Source of the DNA: the human T2T-CHM13v2.0 reference genome, Homo sapiens
NCBI RefSeq assembly: GCF_009914755.1
Contig: NC_060935.1
DNA length: 64,000 bases
Direction: 5' to 3' (one strand)
The translations under genes were made by a program, and so were the position numbers. Shown in pieces: positions 27,540 to 39,884 of the stretch (the stretch's first letter is position 1; every line of letters starts with the position of its first letter). The notes under the pieces are model-generated. The model saw only the letters and a list, made by a program, of their open reading frames with translations. It was not told the DNA's origin and ran no database searches.

Positions 27540-28798
27540 CGACTTAAATATAAAATATATAAATAAATATTACTTAAATATCCTTGTTTCAACAACGAGC
27601 TAGCAAGAAGCTAGAAGGAAACTTCTGGTATCAAAACAATAAAAAAAAAGAAAAATTTTTAGTGCAACCAGTAAAAGCATTGAAATAAGGTATGCTATTT
27701 CCAAACTAGTTAAAAAAATAAATATAATGAAAAGTTAACCAATCAAAAAACAGAGGGATATATGTACATATACCAATAAAAAAACAGAGGGATATATATA
27801 TCCATATATATGTATGTGTGTGTGTATATATATATGAGATAATAGAAAGCATAAAATAATTCAGAAAAACCAAATATATCAGAAATTACTGTAAATACCG
27901 AACTAGAAATAAAAATTCAGCAATTATATGTAAGAGCTTTGTTTTAAGCAAAAATAAATAGCAAAGTTGAAAGTTAATAATGGGAAAAAATGAATCATAT
28001 AATATTAACCCCCCAAAACTTGTTTAACTATATCAATACAAGAAAAACAGACTATACAAGAAGGAATATAAAAATAGTATAAAATTTCCCCACTATCAGA
28101 GTGGGGAATCTCAAATATATTCCTTGTATTTCAGAATATAAGGGAAAATTTATCGCTCTATGTATTTATGTTACAAAAGAGGGGAGTTGAAAATGAATGA
28201 GCTGAGCTTCTATCTTAAGAAATTAGGAAACGAACATGAAACTAAAAGTAAATGCAAGAAAATAATAAATTCAAAAATAATTCAATTACAAACAAATATA
28301 AGCACAATTAGAAGATTGGTAAAGTCAAATATTGATGCTTTCAGAGGACCAAGAAAATGAACATATCTGTAGTAATCCTAAAATCAAGAAAAGAGCTACA
28401 AAATACTGAGAGCAAAAATGAAAAATAAGCACAGATGCCATAAACAGATAAAAAGAAAATAAAAACATGATAAATAATTAAATGACAAAAAATTGGATCA
28501 TTTGATTAAATGAATAAAAAATGATATTTCAAATTGACTCAAGAAGAATTGAAAAATTTAAATAATTTCATAACTATTAAATTAGTAGTTAAAAAATCTT
28601 CAAACATACACCAAAAAACTCAAGGTGTAAATGCTTTCAGTAGAAATTTCTACCAAAAAAAATAAGAACAAATGATCCCAATTGTACACAGTTATTTCAC
28701 AGTATAGAAAAGAGGGAAAATAACCCTAACAACAAAATTTGCCAAAGACAATATGAGAAGTAAAAACACAAGCCAATCACCCTCATGAACATAGATGA
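27540..28798 (+). mobile_element. Old L1M ORF2 relic
   Basis: Degenerate ORF2 (aattgactcaagaagaa...ttctaccaaa...ccaatcaccctcatgaacatagatg). Left boundary uncertain. Confidence 0.6.
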
Positions 28799-31618
28799 CA
28801 TTATATAATGATAAAGGGTTCAATTCAACAAGAAGACTTAACTATCCTAAATATACATTCACCCAATACTAGAGAACCCAAATTCATAAACCAAATACTT
28901 CTAGACCTGCAAAAAGACTTAGCCACACAACAGTAGTGGGGGAACTCAACATCCTACTTAGAGCATTAGACAGATCATCAAATCAGAAAACTAATTTAAA
29001 AATTCTGGACTTAACTTGACCAACTGGACTTAATAGAAATCTACAGAATACTCTACCCATTGACCACACAATATACATTCTTGTCATCTGCACATGAAAC
29101 ACACTTCCAAGATCTACCACATGCTTGGCCATAAAGCAAGTCTTAATAAACTAAAAAAATAGAAATCATACCAAGAACAGTGGAATAAAAATAGAAATTA
29201 ATACCAAGAAGACCTCTCAAAATTACTCAATTACATGGAAATTTAACAACTTGCTCCTGAATGACTTTTGAGTAAAACAATAAAATTAAGGCAGAAATAA
29301 AAAAAAAAATTCTTTGAAATAAATGAAGAGACACAACACACCAAAATCTCTAAGATGCAAATAAGCACAATCAGAAATGACAAAGATGACATTATCACCA
29401 ATCACACAGAATACATAAAATCCTCAGAGACTATTATGAACACCTCTATACACACAAACCAGAATATCAAGAAAAAATGGATAAATTTCTGAAAAGCAGT
29501 GTTAAGAGGGAAGTTTACAGCACTAAATGCCTACCTTGAAACATGAGAAACATCTCTAACAATCTAACATCATACCTAGAGGAACTAGATAAATAAAAAC
29601 AAACTAAACCCAAAGCTAGCAGAAGAAAAGATATAACTAAAATTAGAGCAGAGCTGAATAAAATACTGAGAAACAAAAGTTCATGCAAAGAATCAATGAA
29701 ACCAAATTTGGTTCTTTAAAAGGATAAGCAAAATTGACAGACTGCTAGCTAAATTAACAAAGAAAATGAGAGGACATCCAAATAAGCACAATAAGAAATG
29801 ACAAAGGTCACATTACAACCAATCCCACAGAAATACATAAGATCCTCAGAGACTATTATGAACACCTCTATGCACACAAATCAGAATATCTAGATGAAAT
29901 GCATAAATTTATGAAAACACACATTCTCCCAAGATTGAATCAGGAAGAAATTAAAAGCCTGAACAGACCAGTATCCAGTTCCAAAATGCAATCAGTAATA
30001 AAAACCTACCAACCAAAAAACACTGAGGACCAGATTAGTTCACTGACAAATTCTACCAAACATACAAAAAAGAGCTGATATCAATTCTACTGAAATGATT
30101 CCAAAAAGACAAAGAGGAGGGGCTCCTCCCTAAGTGACTCTATGAAGCCAGCATCACTCCAATATCAAAACCTGGCAAAGATACAACAAAAAAGAAAGCT
30201 ACAGGCCAATATCCCCAATTAAAAAAACAAAACATTCTCTAAATATACTAGCAAACCTAATCTAAAGGCACGTCAAAAAGCCAATTGACCCTGATTAGGT
30301 AGGTTTTATTTCTGGGATGAAAGGTTGGTTCAACATATGCAAATCAATAAATGTGATTCATATGTTTGTTGAACACATGTATGTCTTCTTTTGAGAAGTG
30401 TCTGTTCATGTCCTTTGCCCACTTTTTAATGGGGTTGTTTGTTTTTTTCTTGTAAATTTATTTAAACTCCTTGTAGATTCTGGATGTTAGACCTTTATCA
30501 GATAGGCAGATTGCAAAAATTTCCTCCCATTCTGTACATGCAGCCAACAAACATATGCAAAAAAGCTCAACATCACCGATCATTATAGAAAGGCAAATTA
30601 AAACCACGATGAGATATCATCTCATGCCAGTTAGAATGGTTATTATTAAAAAGTTATAAAACAATGGATGCTTGTTGGGCTGTGGAGAAATGGAAACACT
30701 TTTACACTCTTGGTGAGAATGTAAATTAGTTCAACCATTGAGTAAGACAGTGTGGCCATTCCTCAAAGACCTACAACCAAAAATACCATTTGACCTAGCA
30801 ATCCCATTACTGGGTGAATACCCAAAGGAATACAAATTATTCTATTATAAAGATATGTTCCTTGCAACACTATTCACAATAGCAAATACATGGAATCAAA
30901 CCAAATGCCCTTCATTGATAGACTGGATAAAGAAAACATGGTACATATACGTCATGGAATACTATGAAGCCATAGAAAGGGACAAGATCATGTCCTTTGC
31001 AGGGACGTTGATGGAGCTGGAAGCCATTATCCTCAGCAAACTAATGCAGGAACAGAAAACCAAACACCACATGTTCTCACTTATAAGTGGGAGCTGAACA
31101 TGAAAACAGATGAACACAGGGAGGGGAACACCATACACTGGAGTGGGTTGGGGAGTAGAGGGGAGGGAGAGAATTGGGAAAAGTAGCTAATGCATGCTGG
31201 GTTTAATACCTAGGTGATGGGTTGACAGGTGCAGCAAACCACCATGGCAGACGTTTACCTATGTAACAAGCCTGCACATCCTGAACATGTATCCCAGAAC
31301 TTTAAATTACACTTTTAAAATATGTGATTCACCACAAAAACAGAATTAAAAACAAAAACCATATGATCTTCTCAATAGATAGAGAAAAACTTTCAATAAA
31401 ATCCAACATTTTATGATAAAATCCCTCAAGAAATTAGGCATTGAAAGAACATATCTCAAAACAATAAGAGCCATCTGTGACAAACCCACAACCAACATCA
31501 TACTGAATGGGCAAACAATGGAAGCATTCACCTTGAGAACTAGAGAAAGACAAGGATGCCCAATATCAGCACTCCTCTTCAACCAGTTAGAATGGTTATC
31601 TTTAAAAACAGCAGTGAA
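28799..31618 (+). mobile_element. Primate L1 ORF2 fragment (EN-RT region, late L1PA/L1PB era), host of a nested L1
   Basis: cattatataatgataaagggttcaattcaacaagaagac... colinear ORF2 that resumes at 31332 after the insertion. ORF 31413 encodes [25 protein letters not shown]. Confidence 0.85.
30361..31320 (+). mobile_element. 5'-truncated, 5'-inverted L1PA (about PA8-11) nested in the older L1
   Basis: Inverted part 30361-30536; sense part 30535-31320 with the ORF2 C-terminus (ORF 30738-31097) and 3'UTR; TSD atgtgattca at 30351-30360 and 31322-31331. Confidence 0.88.
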
Positions 31619-31634
31619 ACATGATCAATTTGTT

Positions 31635-31848
31635 ATTTTCTTTTTCCCTCCGTCCCTCTTTCTTTTTCTTTTCTTTTCTGCCTGCCTGCCTTCCTTCCTT
31701 CCTTCCTCTCTTTCTCTTTCTTTCTTTTTCTCTCTCTTTCCCTCCCTCCTTTCCTCCTTTCCTCCCTCCCTCCCTCCCTCCCTTCCTTCCTTCCTTCCTT
31801 CCTTCCTTCCCTCCCTCCCTCCCTCCTTCCTTCCCTCCTTCCTTCTTT
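31635..31848. repeat. Compound polypyrimidine (TTCC/CCCT/TTTC)n repeat
   Basis: About 210 nt of almost pure pyrimidine. Confidence 0.95.
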
Positions 31849-31851
31849 CAC

Positions 31852-31986
31852 ATCAGAAATTTAATTCTCACTGTCTGGGGGCTAGGAAGTCCCAGTACAA
31901 GCTACCAGGAGATTCAGTGCCTGGTGAGAGCTCACTCTCTGGTTCACAGACAGTGCCATTTCACTGTGTCCTTACATGGTAGAAAG
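31852..31986 (-). mobile_element. MaLR (MLT1A/MSTD-like) LTR fragment
   Basis: cagaaatttaattctcac...ggctaggaagtcc...gattcagtgcctggtgagagc...ctgtgtccttacatgg. Confidence 0.6.
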
Positions 31987-32129
31987 TTCATTTATTTTTG
32001 TCTTTAATATCTATCATTGATTTATATTTTGTGCACTGCTAATCCTTAATCAATTTTTACCACAGAAATAAAATCTTTTGAACTGCTTAAAGTTGTTTTC
32101 TCTCTCTATCTACACACATAATACACATC

Positions 32130-33118
32130 ACTTTACCCCAATAGCCTAAGAACTGGCCTCTCTTTATCCAGTCTTGCTCTGTACAGCATTCTCTATCCAG
32201 CAATCAGAGTTTTAATTTTAGAAAATAACTTGAATCATGTCAGTTTACTTTTTGAAACTTTCCAATGGCTTCCCCATTATTTGGAATAAAATTACAACTC
32301 CCTTCTACGACACATGAGACTCTGCATGAGCTAACTTCTGCCTTTGTCTTTCTCTTTGTCCCATTCCCGCATTTCTTCATGCTCATGAAAGTCCAGCCCC
32401 ATCATTACACTCCCTGTTCGGTGCATGCAGTAGATTTATTCCTACTGCAGGACAAGGCACCACTTATCTCCTCAGCTTGAAGTACTGTTGCCCAGAGTGT
32501 TGCCTTATGGTCTCCTGAAATCTAGGTCTCAGGTCAAATGTTACCTTCTCGGAGGCCTTCCTGACCCTCTATCTGAAATTATTACCCCTATCCTTGTTAC
32601 TTCTCTCACACATCTCATCTGGTGTTCTTCAAATCACTCATCACACTCTGCAATGTTCTTTTTGGTTTATTTTTTATTTATTCTTTTTTTTTTTTTTTTT
32701 TTTTTTGAGACAGAGTCTCACCCTTTTGCCCAGGCTAGAGCGTACTGGTGTAATCTCGGCTCACTGCAAACTCCGCCTCCTGGGTTCAAATGATTCTCCT
32801 GCCTCAACCTCCTGAGTAGCTGAGATTACAGGTGCCCACCACCATGCCCAGCTATTTTTTGTATTTTCAGTAGAAAATGGGTTTCACCACGTTGGCCAGG
32901 CTGGTCTTGAACTCCTGACCTTGTGATCCACCCAACTCGGTCTACCAAAGTGCTGGGATTACAGGTGTAAGCCACCGCGCCCAGCCTATTTATTCATTTT
33001 TTATTTGTCTCACTAACTAAAATTGAATCAGGGGGCTTGTTTGCTTTTCATTCAGTGACCCCAGAGCCTAGAATTATCCTTTGTACATGTGGAAGCTAAA
33101 AAATATGTTTTAAATGAA
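32130..33118 (+). mobile_element. L2 3' region, split by an Alu
   Basis: tccaatggcttcccc...tctcaggtcaaatgttaccttctcggaggccttcctgacc...ccccagagcctagaa...aatgaa. Confidence 0.65.
32684..32986 (-). mobile_element. AluS (Sg/Sc-like)
   Basis: gaccttgtgatcc diagnostic deletion; exact TSD tatttattc. Confidence 0.93.
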
Positions 33119-34533
33119 TTTTTGGAGTAACACATGTACCCAGGTCTTCTGCAGTTCCTACCTTATATGTGTCCATGACTCAACCTCACAAAAGTGTGTG
33201 TAGATGGTAATAGCTCAAGCTAATTTATTAAGGATATTATGAGGAATGAATGAGACAGTATTATATACCACTCTGAATTTCTTTGAAAAAATATAATAAC
33301 AAAAATCATATTATTATGACTACTTTCATATTACTCAGATAAAGAGTAATTACTTTTTTATGGTTAAAATAGCATGGAAATTGAATCAGAAGGTTGTAAG
33401 CAGAAGTAGGGTCAGTTCCCTTTGTTTATTTAAGAATATTAACTAAGCTGAGTTGGATTTTCAAGAAAGCTTGTTTTCTACTAGTTTAAATTCTGATTAT
33501 CTGGTCAACTGAATTTTTAGAACTATCACTAAATTAAAAAGAAACAGCAGTGGGGTGTAACTTTTCTCATCTTTACTTCATTTACCCAGTGAAGCATCTG
33601 CAAAGCCTCTGTGGGAGGTTTAAATGCTAATATTCAGAAAAGCAGTCTTGGAAGCAAACACCCAGCTGTATTTAAGGCCTGCATTTTCGTGGTGAATGTG
33701 TCTCCAGGGCTGTACCTTTCCACTGCCCAGACTTTTAAGCACCATCCATATTAAGCACAAATCAGAACGCTTTTCACAAACCACTTAATGCTGTTTAAAA
33801 CCCACAAGTAAATCATCTTAACTAAACCCTTTGATATAGCTTTGCTCTCCAAACTGTCCCTATCTGGTTTTAAACACTATTATAAGATTGTTTTAAAAAT
33901 TTAGAGGTGGCACACCACATTAAAGCTGTTATATCTGTATAAATCATGTGTGGAATAGGACTGTGCTCTTCCCCCATACTGAGATCAATGCTTAAAATTT
34001 TATGTGATTGTCCTCTTTGCGCATATGTGTGTGCTGGGAGGCGGAGGTGGGGTGCAGTATGCTTGCACCTGTGCACCTGGTTTTAAAGCGGTGATTTCCA
34101 ACTTCTTTTCTCTTTGAGTTGGTTGAGGCCCTGGTGCTTGCAATGACACTGAAACAAGATGTGCTTTTTAACATATAGGCTGTAAATGTTAGTATTTCTG
34201 AGTTTCTCAGATCCCTACTCGCCCTGGTTTTGGAGAAAAAGCTAAGTTCCATCCTCTTGCCTCATTTCATGGGTCATTTATATGTACATGAGCCTCTTCA
34301 GCAGCAATATACAGTATCTGCCTCCTCTCTCAATGACCAACTTTGAGTATTGTCCCTGATCAGCCATACATGTTCTGCAACAGTGCGGGGTTGACTCAAA
34401 GACAACAAGAGTGGCTATTTCCTTCTGCTAGTTCAGCCCTCACAGTTATGATCTAGCTGTGGGAAGCCCTGTTTTCTCTCGGGTGTTCTCTATACCACAG
34501 CTAGTGTTTGTTGATCACTTCTGAAAAATGCAC

Positions 34534-34826
34534 TTTTTTTGAGACAGTCTTGTTCTGTCACCCAGGCTGGAGTGCAGTGGCAAGACCATAGCGCACTGTA
34601 ATCTGGAACTCCTGGGCTCAAGCAATCCTCCATCCTCAGCCTCCTGAGTAGTGGGGACTACAGGTGTGTGCCATCATGCCCAGCTAAGTTTTTATTATTT
34701 TTTTTTTATACAGATGAGGTCTTGCTATGTTTCTCAAATAGGTCTCAAGCTCCTGGCCTCAAGTGGTTCTCCCACTTCAACCTCCCAAAGTTCTGGGATT
34801 TCAGGTGTGAGCCACTGTGCCTGGCC
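34534..34826 (-). mobile_element. AluJ
   Basis: gaactcctgggctcaagcaatcctcc, AluJ-type reverse sequence. Confidence 0.9.
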
Positions 34827-34979
34827 CAAGTTGCAAGTTTTCAGGTGCACACCCCTATTTAATTGATGTCTTTTTGAAAATATATATAATAAAGCAAGCC
34901 AGGGTTCTCTAATTTTTTCTACAGTCTGTACAACCTGACTTGAGTTCAGGGCCACAATCAGGACCTCATGACTGCTCAA

Positions 34980-35160
34980 CAGCTTTTGCCAAAGTGGCCC
35001 AGTCACAAGAATTACACGTGGATTTTGTTAGGAATACAGACACCTAGGCCCCTTCCCCTGGAAATTCTGATGCAGCAGATCTAGGTGGATCCCCATGATC
35101 TAGAAGTTCTATTAGTGCCTAAGTAACTCTCATGAGCAGGCAGAAGGAGCAAACACAGCT
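34980..35160. mobile_element. MER5-like hAT DNA transposon relic
   Basis: ttgttaggaatacagacacctaggcccc...aaattctgatgcagcagatctagg. Confidence 0.55.
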
Positions 35161-35914
35161 GGTCAGGATTAACATTTCCCTTCAGGGTGAACAGGAGAAA
35201 GTTTCACTCTCCAGATTTGTACCAATTAACTCAAATTATGCAGGTTATTCATAACTGTGTCGGATCCTTTTGTTTACCTGAAACCAGACATATTTAGGCT
35301 TTATTTAATAATGGTGGTTAATTACATTGTTACATCTGACAATGAGAAAAGAAGGAATCTCTTGGGTTAAAAAAATTAAAAATTAAAAAGCACAATGGGA
35401 GCCAGGTCTTCAGGAGACTGAACTGAGCAGATGCCCTGGATCTGGTAGATGCGGAAATCTTATCAGCTATGGTCTATGGATCTAACTCTCAGGTGCTCCC
35501 ACTTGACTGAAAACTTCTTCTTTCTCCACCTCTTCATCTCATTGTGTATCTTGCTCCTCCCCCTGCCTCCAACTGGGTAAGAACTCATATTCTACTAGGC
35601 AACATACTGAGCACATGACTTTAATCCAGTCCGTCTGCCTCTCTCACATCAGCTGCATAATCATTTAGCTTAAAGTGACATTTTAAAATCTCAGTTTTCT
35701 TACTAGCCTTGATTTTTAAAGAGTCAGTCGACTTTTAAACCTTTTAAGACTTTAATGTTATCAAACGTTTAAATAATATTTCCCTAATCACTGGAGTAAA
35801 GCCCTGATGTGTGTTGTGGAGGGGTGATTTAATTTTCTGGGTTCTGAGTACCTCTTTTCTAATTGATATTCTTCACTGCCAGCTTCTCTAAAGAGAGATG
35901 GGTTTGTGGGGAGG

Positions 35915-36087
35915 GTGGAAAGAAAGAAGAAATGAAAGAAGAAAGAAATGAAGGAAGGAAAGCAGACCAGGAGGAAAAAAGGAAAGAGAGAGACAGGGAA
36001 AGAAGAAGGAGGGAGGGAGGGAGGAAAGGAAGGAAGGAAGGAAGGAAGGAAGGAAGGAAGGAAGGAAGGAAGGAAGGAAGGAAGGAA
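35915..36087. repeat. Polypurine tract ending in (GGAA)15
   Basis: 15 uninterrupted GGAA units at 36028-36087. Confidence 0.95.
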
Positions 36088-36513
36088 ATTAAAGGAGAAA
36101 AAAATCATCATTATTCCATTTATGCTTGTTTGAGGAAAGGTAACACATCTTTTTATGAGAATTTGTTGCTCACCTTGTATAAGTAGAGACACTAGTATCA
36201 GTCAAGACTTCACATAGAAATTATTATTCATTAAAAATCCTTTGCACAAATATATTTAAAAATTACTTAAGCTAAGCAAATATAAAGCACTTTCACTCCA
36301 GTGAACTGAGTATTTTAGGATAGCATCCATATTGTAGCACGATTTCTCCACTTTGCTTATTAGATGATGATATTGCACAAAGAACTAATAAGCCAAAAGA
36401 GGGTGAAATATAAAACTAGATTCCAACTTAGAGGATGGATATATGCTATCAATTTTTTTTCTGCAATTACAAAGTATCTTCATTTACACTGAGTTTCCAA
36501 GAAAAACCTAGAC

Positions 36514-36672
36514 TATGTTTTTATGTGGAAGAAACTAACTAGAAGTCTTGTTGTCATTGTTCTCTTTTTATTAAAAATTACTGTTTTTGAGGGGAAGAAA
36601 TTAAAGTATGTTTTTGAGTGGAAGAAACTAACCAGAAGTCTTTTTATAATTGTTCTTTATTTATTAAAAATT
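36514..36672. repeat. Local tandem duplication (66-bp unit, partial unit, 66-bp unit)
   Basis: 36514-36579 versus 36607-36672, 58/66 identical by eye; partial copy at 36582-36604. Confidence 0.85.
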
Positions 36673-37297
36673 CACGATGTGTTTGAAACCACCTAGTGCT
36701 TATTTATATGTAGATTCTGGTGTCTAGATGTATATGACCACAGGCAACACAGTACACATCATGGGTCATGTCCATGCCATCTGTGCAAATACATGGGTAA
36801 TGTGCGTGGGTTCATTGTGTATAGTTAGTTACCAATTTGTCTCTCTGTAAAAAATTGATTTTAGGTAAAAGGCTCTATTTGAATATCCTAGAGCAAGATG
36901 TTGTTTGAAATAAAGTTTGAAAAATGTGATTGTACTTTTAGCACACATTTCCTCAATCAGTAATTTAGTCTCAAGTTTGGTCTTAGGCAAGATCTACATG
37001 TAAGGCTTATTTCTGATGGTTTCTCAAGCTGGGAGAGAAAACAATTAAAGAAAATACTTAGTCAGTTTTTATCTACACGTGTGCCTTCGGTGATTTATTT
37101 AAGCATTCCAACAGATAACATGTCTCCATTATTTTTAGCAAAGGGCTTTTTGTCAGTATTTTGTCTCCAGTTATAATAAGTGTTTTAAACATCTGTCAAA
37201 GCTGTTCTACTTCCCACTCAACAGCAAAGAAACCATGATATGTGCTGGAGGTCAGGAATACCAGCTACAAGCAGAATTAGGATTAATTATTGGTAGA

Positions 37298-37474
37298 CAG
37301 GGCCGATATCATGGTCTGGCCACCTGTGCAGTTACATAAAGCACTAAAGTTAGAAGGATCCTTTGCTTGCTTTAGTGTTTTACTGGCACCAAATTGAAAT
37401 TCCTAGTAATTTTTGAACAAGAAACCCATGTTTTTATTTTTCACTGGGCCCCACAAATTGTGTAGCCAGAACTA
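37298..37474 (+). mobile_element. MER91A-like hAT-Tip100 DNA transposon
   Basis: cagggccg...ctgtgcagttac...aatttttgaacaag...cactgggccccacaaattgtgtagcc; TSD ttggtaga/ttgctaga. Confidence 0.75.
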
Positions 37475-39884
37475 TTGCTAGACTATTTGCTTGACGTGTA
37501 GTCCCAGGCACATTATTTAATCTTCCTAGGCTTCATTTTCCACATTTTAAGAAGGGGAGGATAATGACACCTATTTCATTGGTTTTGCGAGAATTAAAAG
37601 AGATCGCGCTTTCAATATGTTAAGTAGAGCACATGGCTCATGTTAAAGGCCCATTGTTCTGAGATTCACTGATATATACCCGTATTCTGGGATAGTCCGT
37701 CTACTCGCACCTTTTGCCCTTGGCTAGTGTGTAAACAACTACTTCACATCATCCCCTGATACCTGATCTCCCTCCCACCTGGGAGCTCCATCACTGTTGC
37801 TACCATTCTCCTAGCCATCTGGGTTTGAAATGATAAACCCCTTGACTGCCTAGGCCTTATTGGCCACCAAAACGTACAAATTATGACTACCTCATCATGC
37901 TCTAACACTCTCATCCTAGTGACTTATATCCAGTTCCCAAGTACACCTACACTAGAATGTAGTCTGCATATTCTACCACGGAGATCAATCTACCTGGCAT
38001 GTCACTTTCTACCAGCATATTAGTCTGCTCTAAAACTTTTTGGCCTGGGGACCAATAATTCCCTGTGACTCTCCCGACCACATGGAGAAAGAAAGGAAAA
38101 CATGAATTTACATCACATGTGTATTTAAAGGCAAATCAGAGACTACACAGTAGATGGAAAAAGCTTTTTTAGCTACTAATGTAATCCCAGTAGCTGGGGA
38201 ATAACAGAATTTTCAAGCTGCCTGTTTGGCAGAGAAACCCAGTGTTCCACAAGACTTTGCTCTTCTCTTCATTTGTTTCTTAAAACCACGCTGTGTTATT
38301 TAAGGAAATGATGATCAACAAAATTCTAACTGAAAAGTAACTTGATGAAATATTTTCCATTAACCGTTGAGATATTATAGAAATGTACTTTTTCCTAAGT
38401 GATTCTGAGGCAGAAAAATACCTTTATAATCCTAATATATCACAATTCCTTTAGTGCCTAATATTGAGGGAGCAGCTTTTATTCAAGATGGAAGGAATAT
38501 TAGATATCATTCAATCTAGCTTCCTCATTTTACAGATAATAAAACTGAGGATGAGAGTGGTAAAGTGATTTGCTCAAATTCATGAACCTGCCTCTCCTAA
38601 TATTCAGCCAAGTGTCTTTTCCAGAATGTCACAGTTCCCTGTATAATAAGAATCAGCTTTATTTTCCACAAGAATAAAAGAGGTTAGAGTTAGAAAAAGA
38701 ATAAGTTTTCTGGATACAGAGTGTCATTGTGTCTATGTGAAGGAATGTTAGCAAAAGTGAAAAAAACAAAAACCTTGTACAGAATAAAAGAAGTTATTCC
38801 TGGCAATTGACTGAAATGGAAAGAAATCATAAAAGACTTGAATGACAGGCAAATGAATAATGTGATGAGATATATCAAATTTTGACTCTACTGAGATCAA
38901 AAGGAAGAATAGAGTATAGGGAATGAAAGATGATGTCTGGATTTAACATTCATTTGGGAATCATTTCAAAATCTTGAGATAAAAGGTTCTTTAGAAATAA
39001 TAAATGTTGTGTTTCTTTAATTTTTAGGGACTGAGAGATTCATGCATTGTCACAAGATGTTATTAAAAACAGCTATTCATTTTTCATGGAATGAGACAGA
39101 ATGCATATTGTATATTGGAGGCAAAACTATATCCTCTGTTATTCCCATATATTTCCTTTCAATAGCCGATCAGATGAAATTGTGAGTGGATATGAAAGGA
39201 CAAAATTAAACATGGTAAAAGAAATTAAATCGGGGAGTTTTTTTTTAAGAAAAAATCCTTCATTTGTTTCGTTGTCAGAATTACCAAGATGAGCTAGGTA
39301 ATAGGTTAGCTTTACGAGCTAAAAGTCATCATCTATACATGCAAATCACGTTGCATGCAAACATTCTTTCTGGTCCATTTTCATTAGTGCTTAAGTATGG
39401 AGAGACTACTACAGGACTTTAAAGCTTCTGTCCAATTACCCAGGGACATCTCAACATGAATTATAGCTATGTATAAGCAAAAAAAAGTATTTGACTTTAA
39501 AGCAAATACATCAGACTGTAAAGCAAATTCAATATTATTCATCTTTTGTTGTATTCAAAGATAAGAAAGTAGTGATTACTTACATTATAAAGGTTTAAAT
39601 ATCTATATTTACCCCTGACTTTAGTACATAACAAAATATGAATAATATTAAGATTCCCAGGATATGATAATTTCAATAATAAGAAAGCCCTCTTTTGACT
39701 AGGATTTTCTTATTTCCAACAGGTTTTTGTGTTGTGTTTAATCTGTCTGTCTGTGTTTTAGATTTACTCTATTAGGAAATATTAGTTCCAACCATTGTCC
39801 TTACAGCTGTCCTTGCAGGAACACTACTCATTTTGGAACAGATTAGTGTATCTTGGTACCCCCTTTACCTTGAATGTATAAATT

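Noticed and set aside
30738-31982. 119-aa and 189-aa ORFs
   Set aside because: Decayed L1 ORF2 fragments, the second running into a TTCC microsatellite.
35788-36192. Overlapping ORFs on both strands
   Set aside because: Produced by stop-free GGAA/TTCC repeats.
39339-39360. Octamer ATGCAAAT next to the palindrome TTGCATGCAA
   Set aside because: Isolated motif; several octamers are expected by chance in this window (two more occur in an L1 relic near 822).
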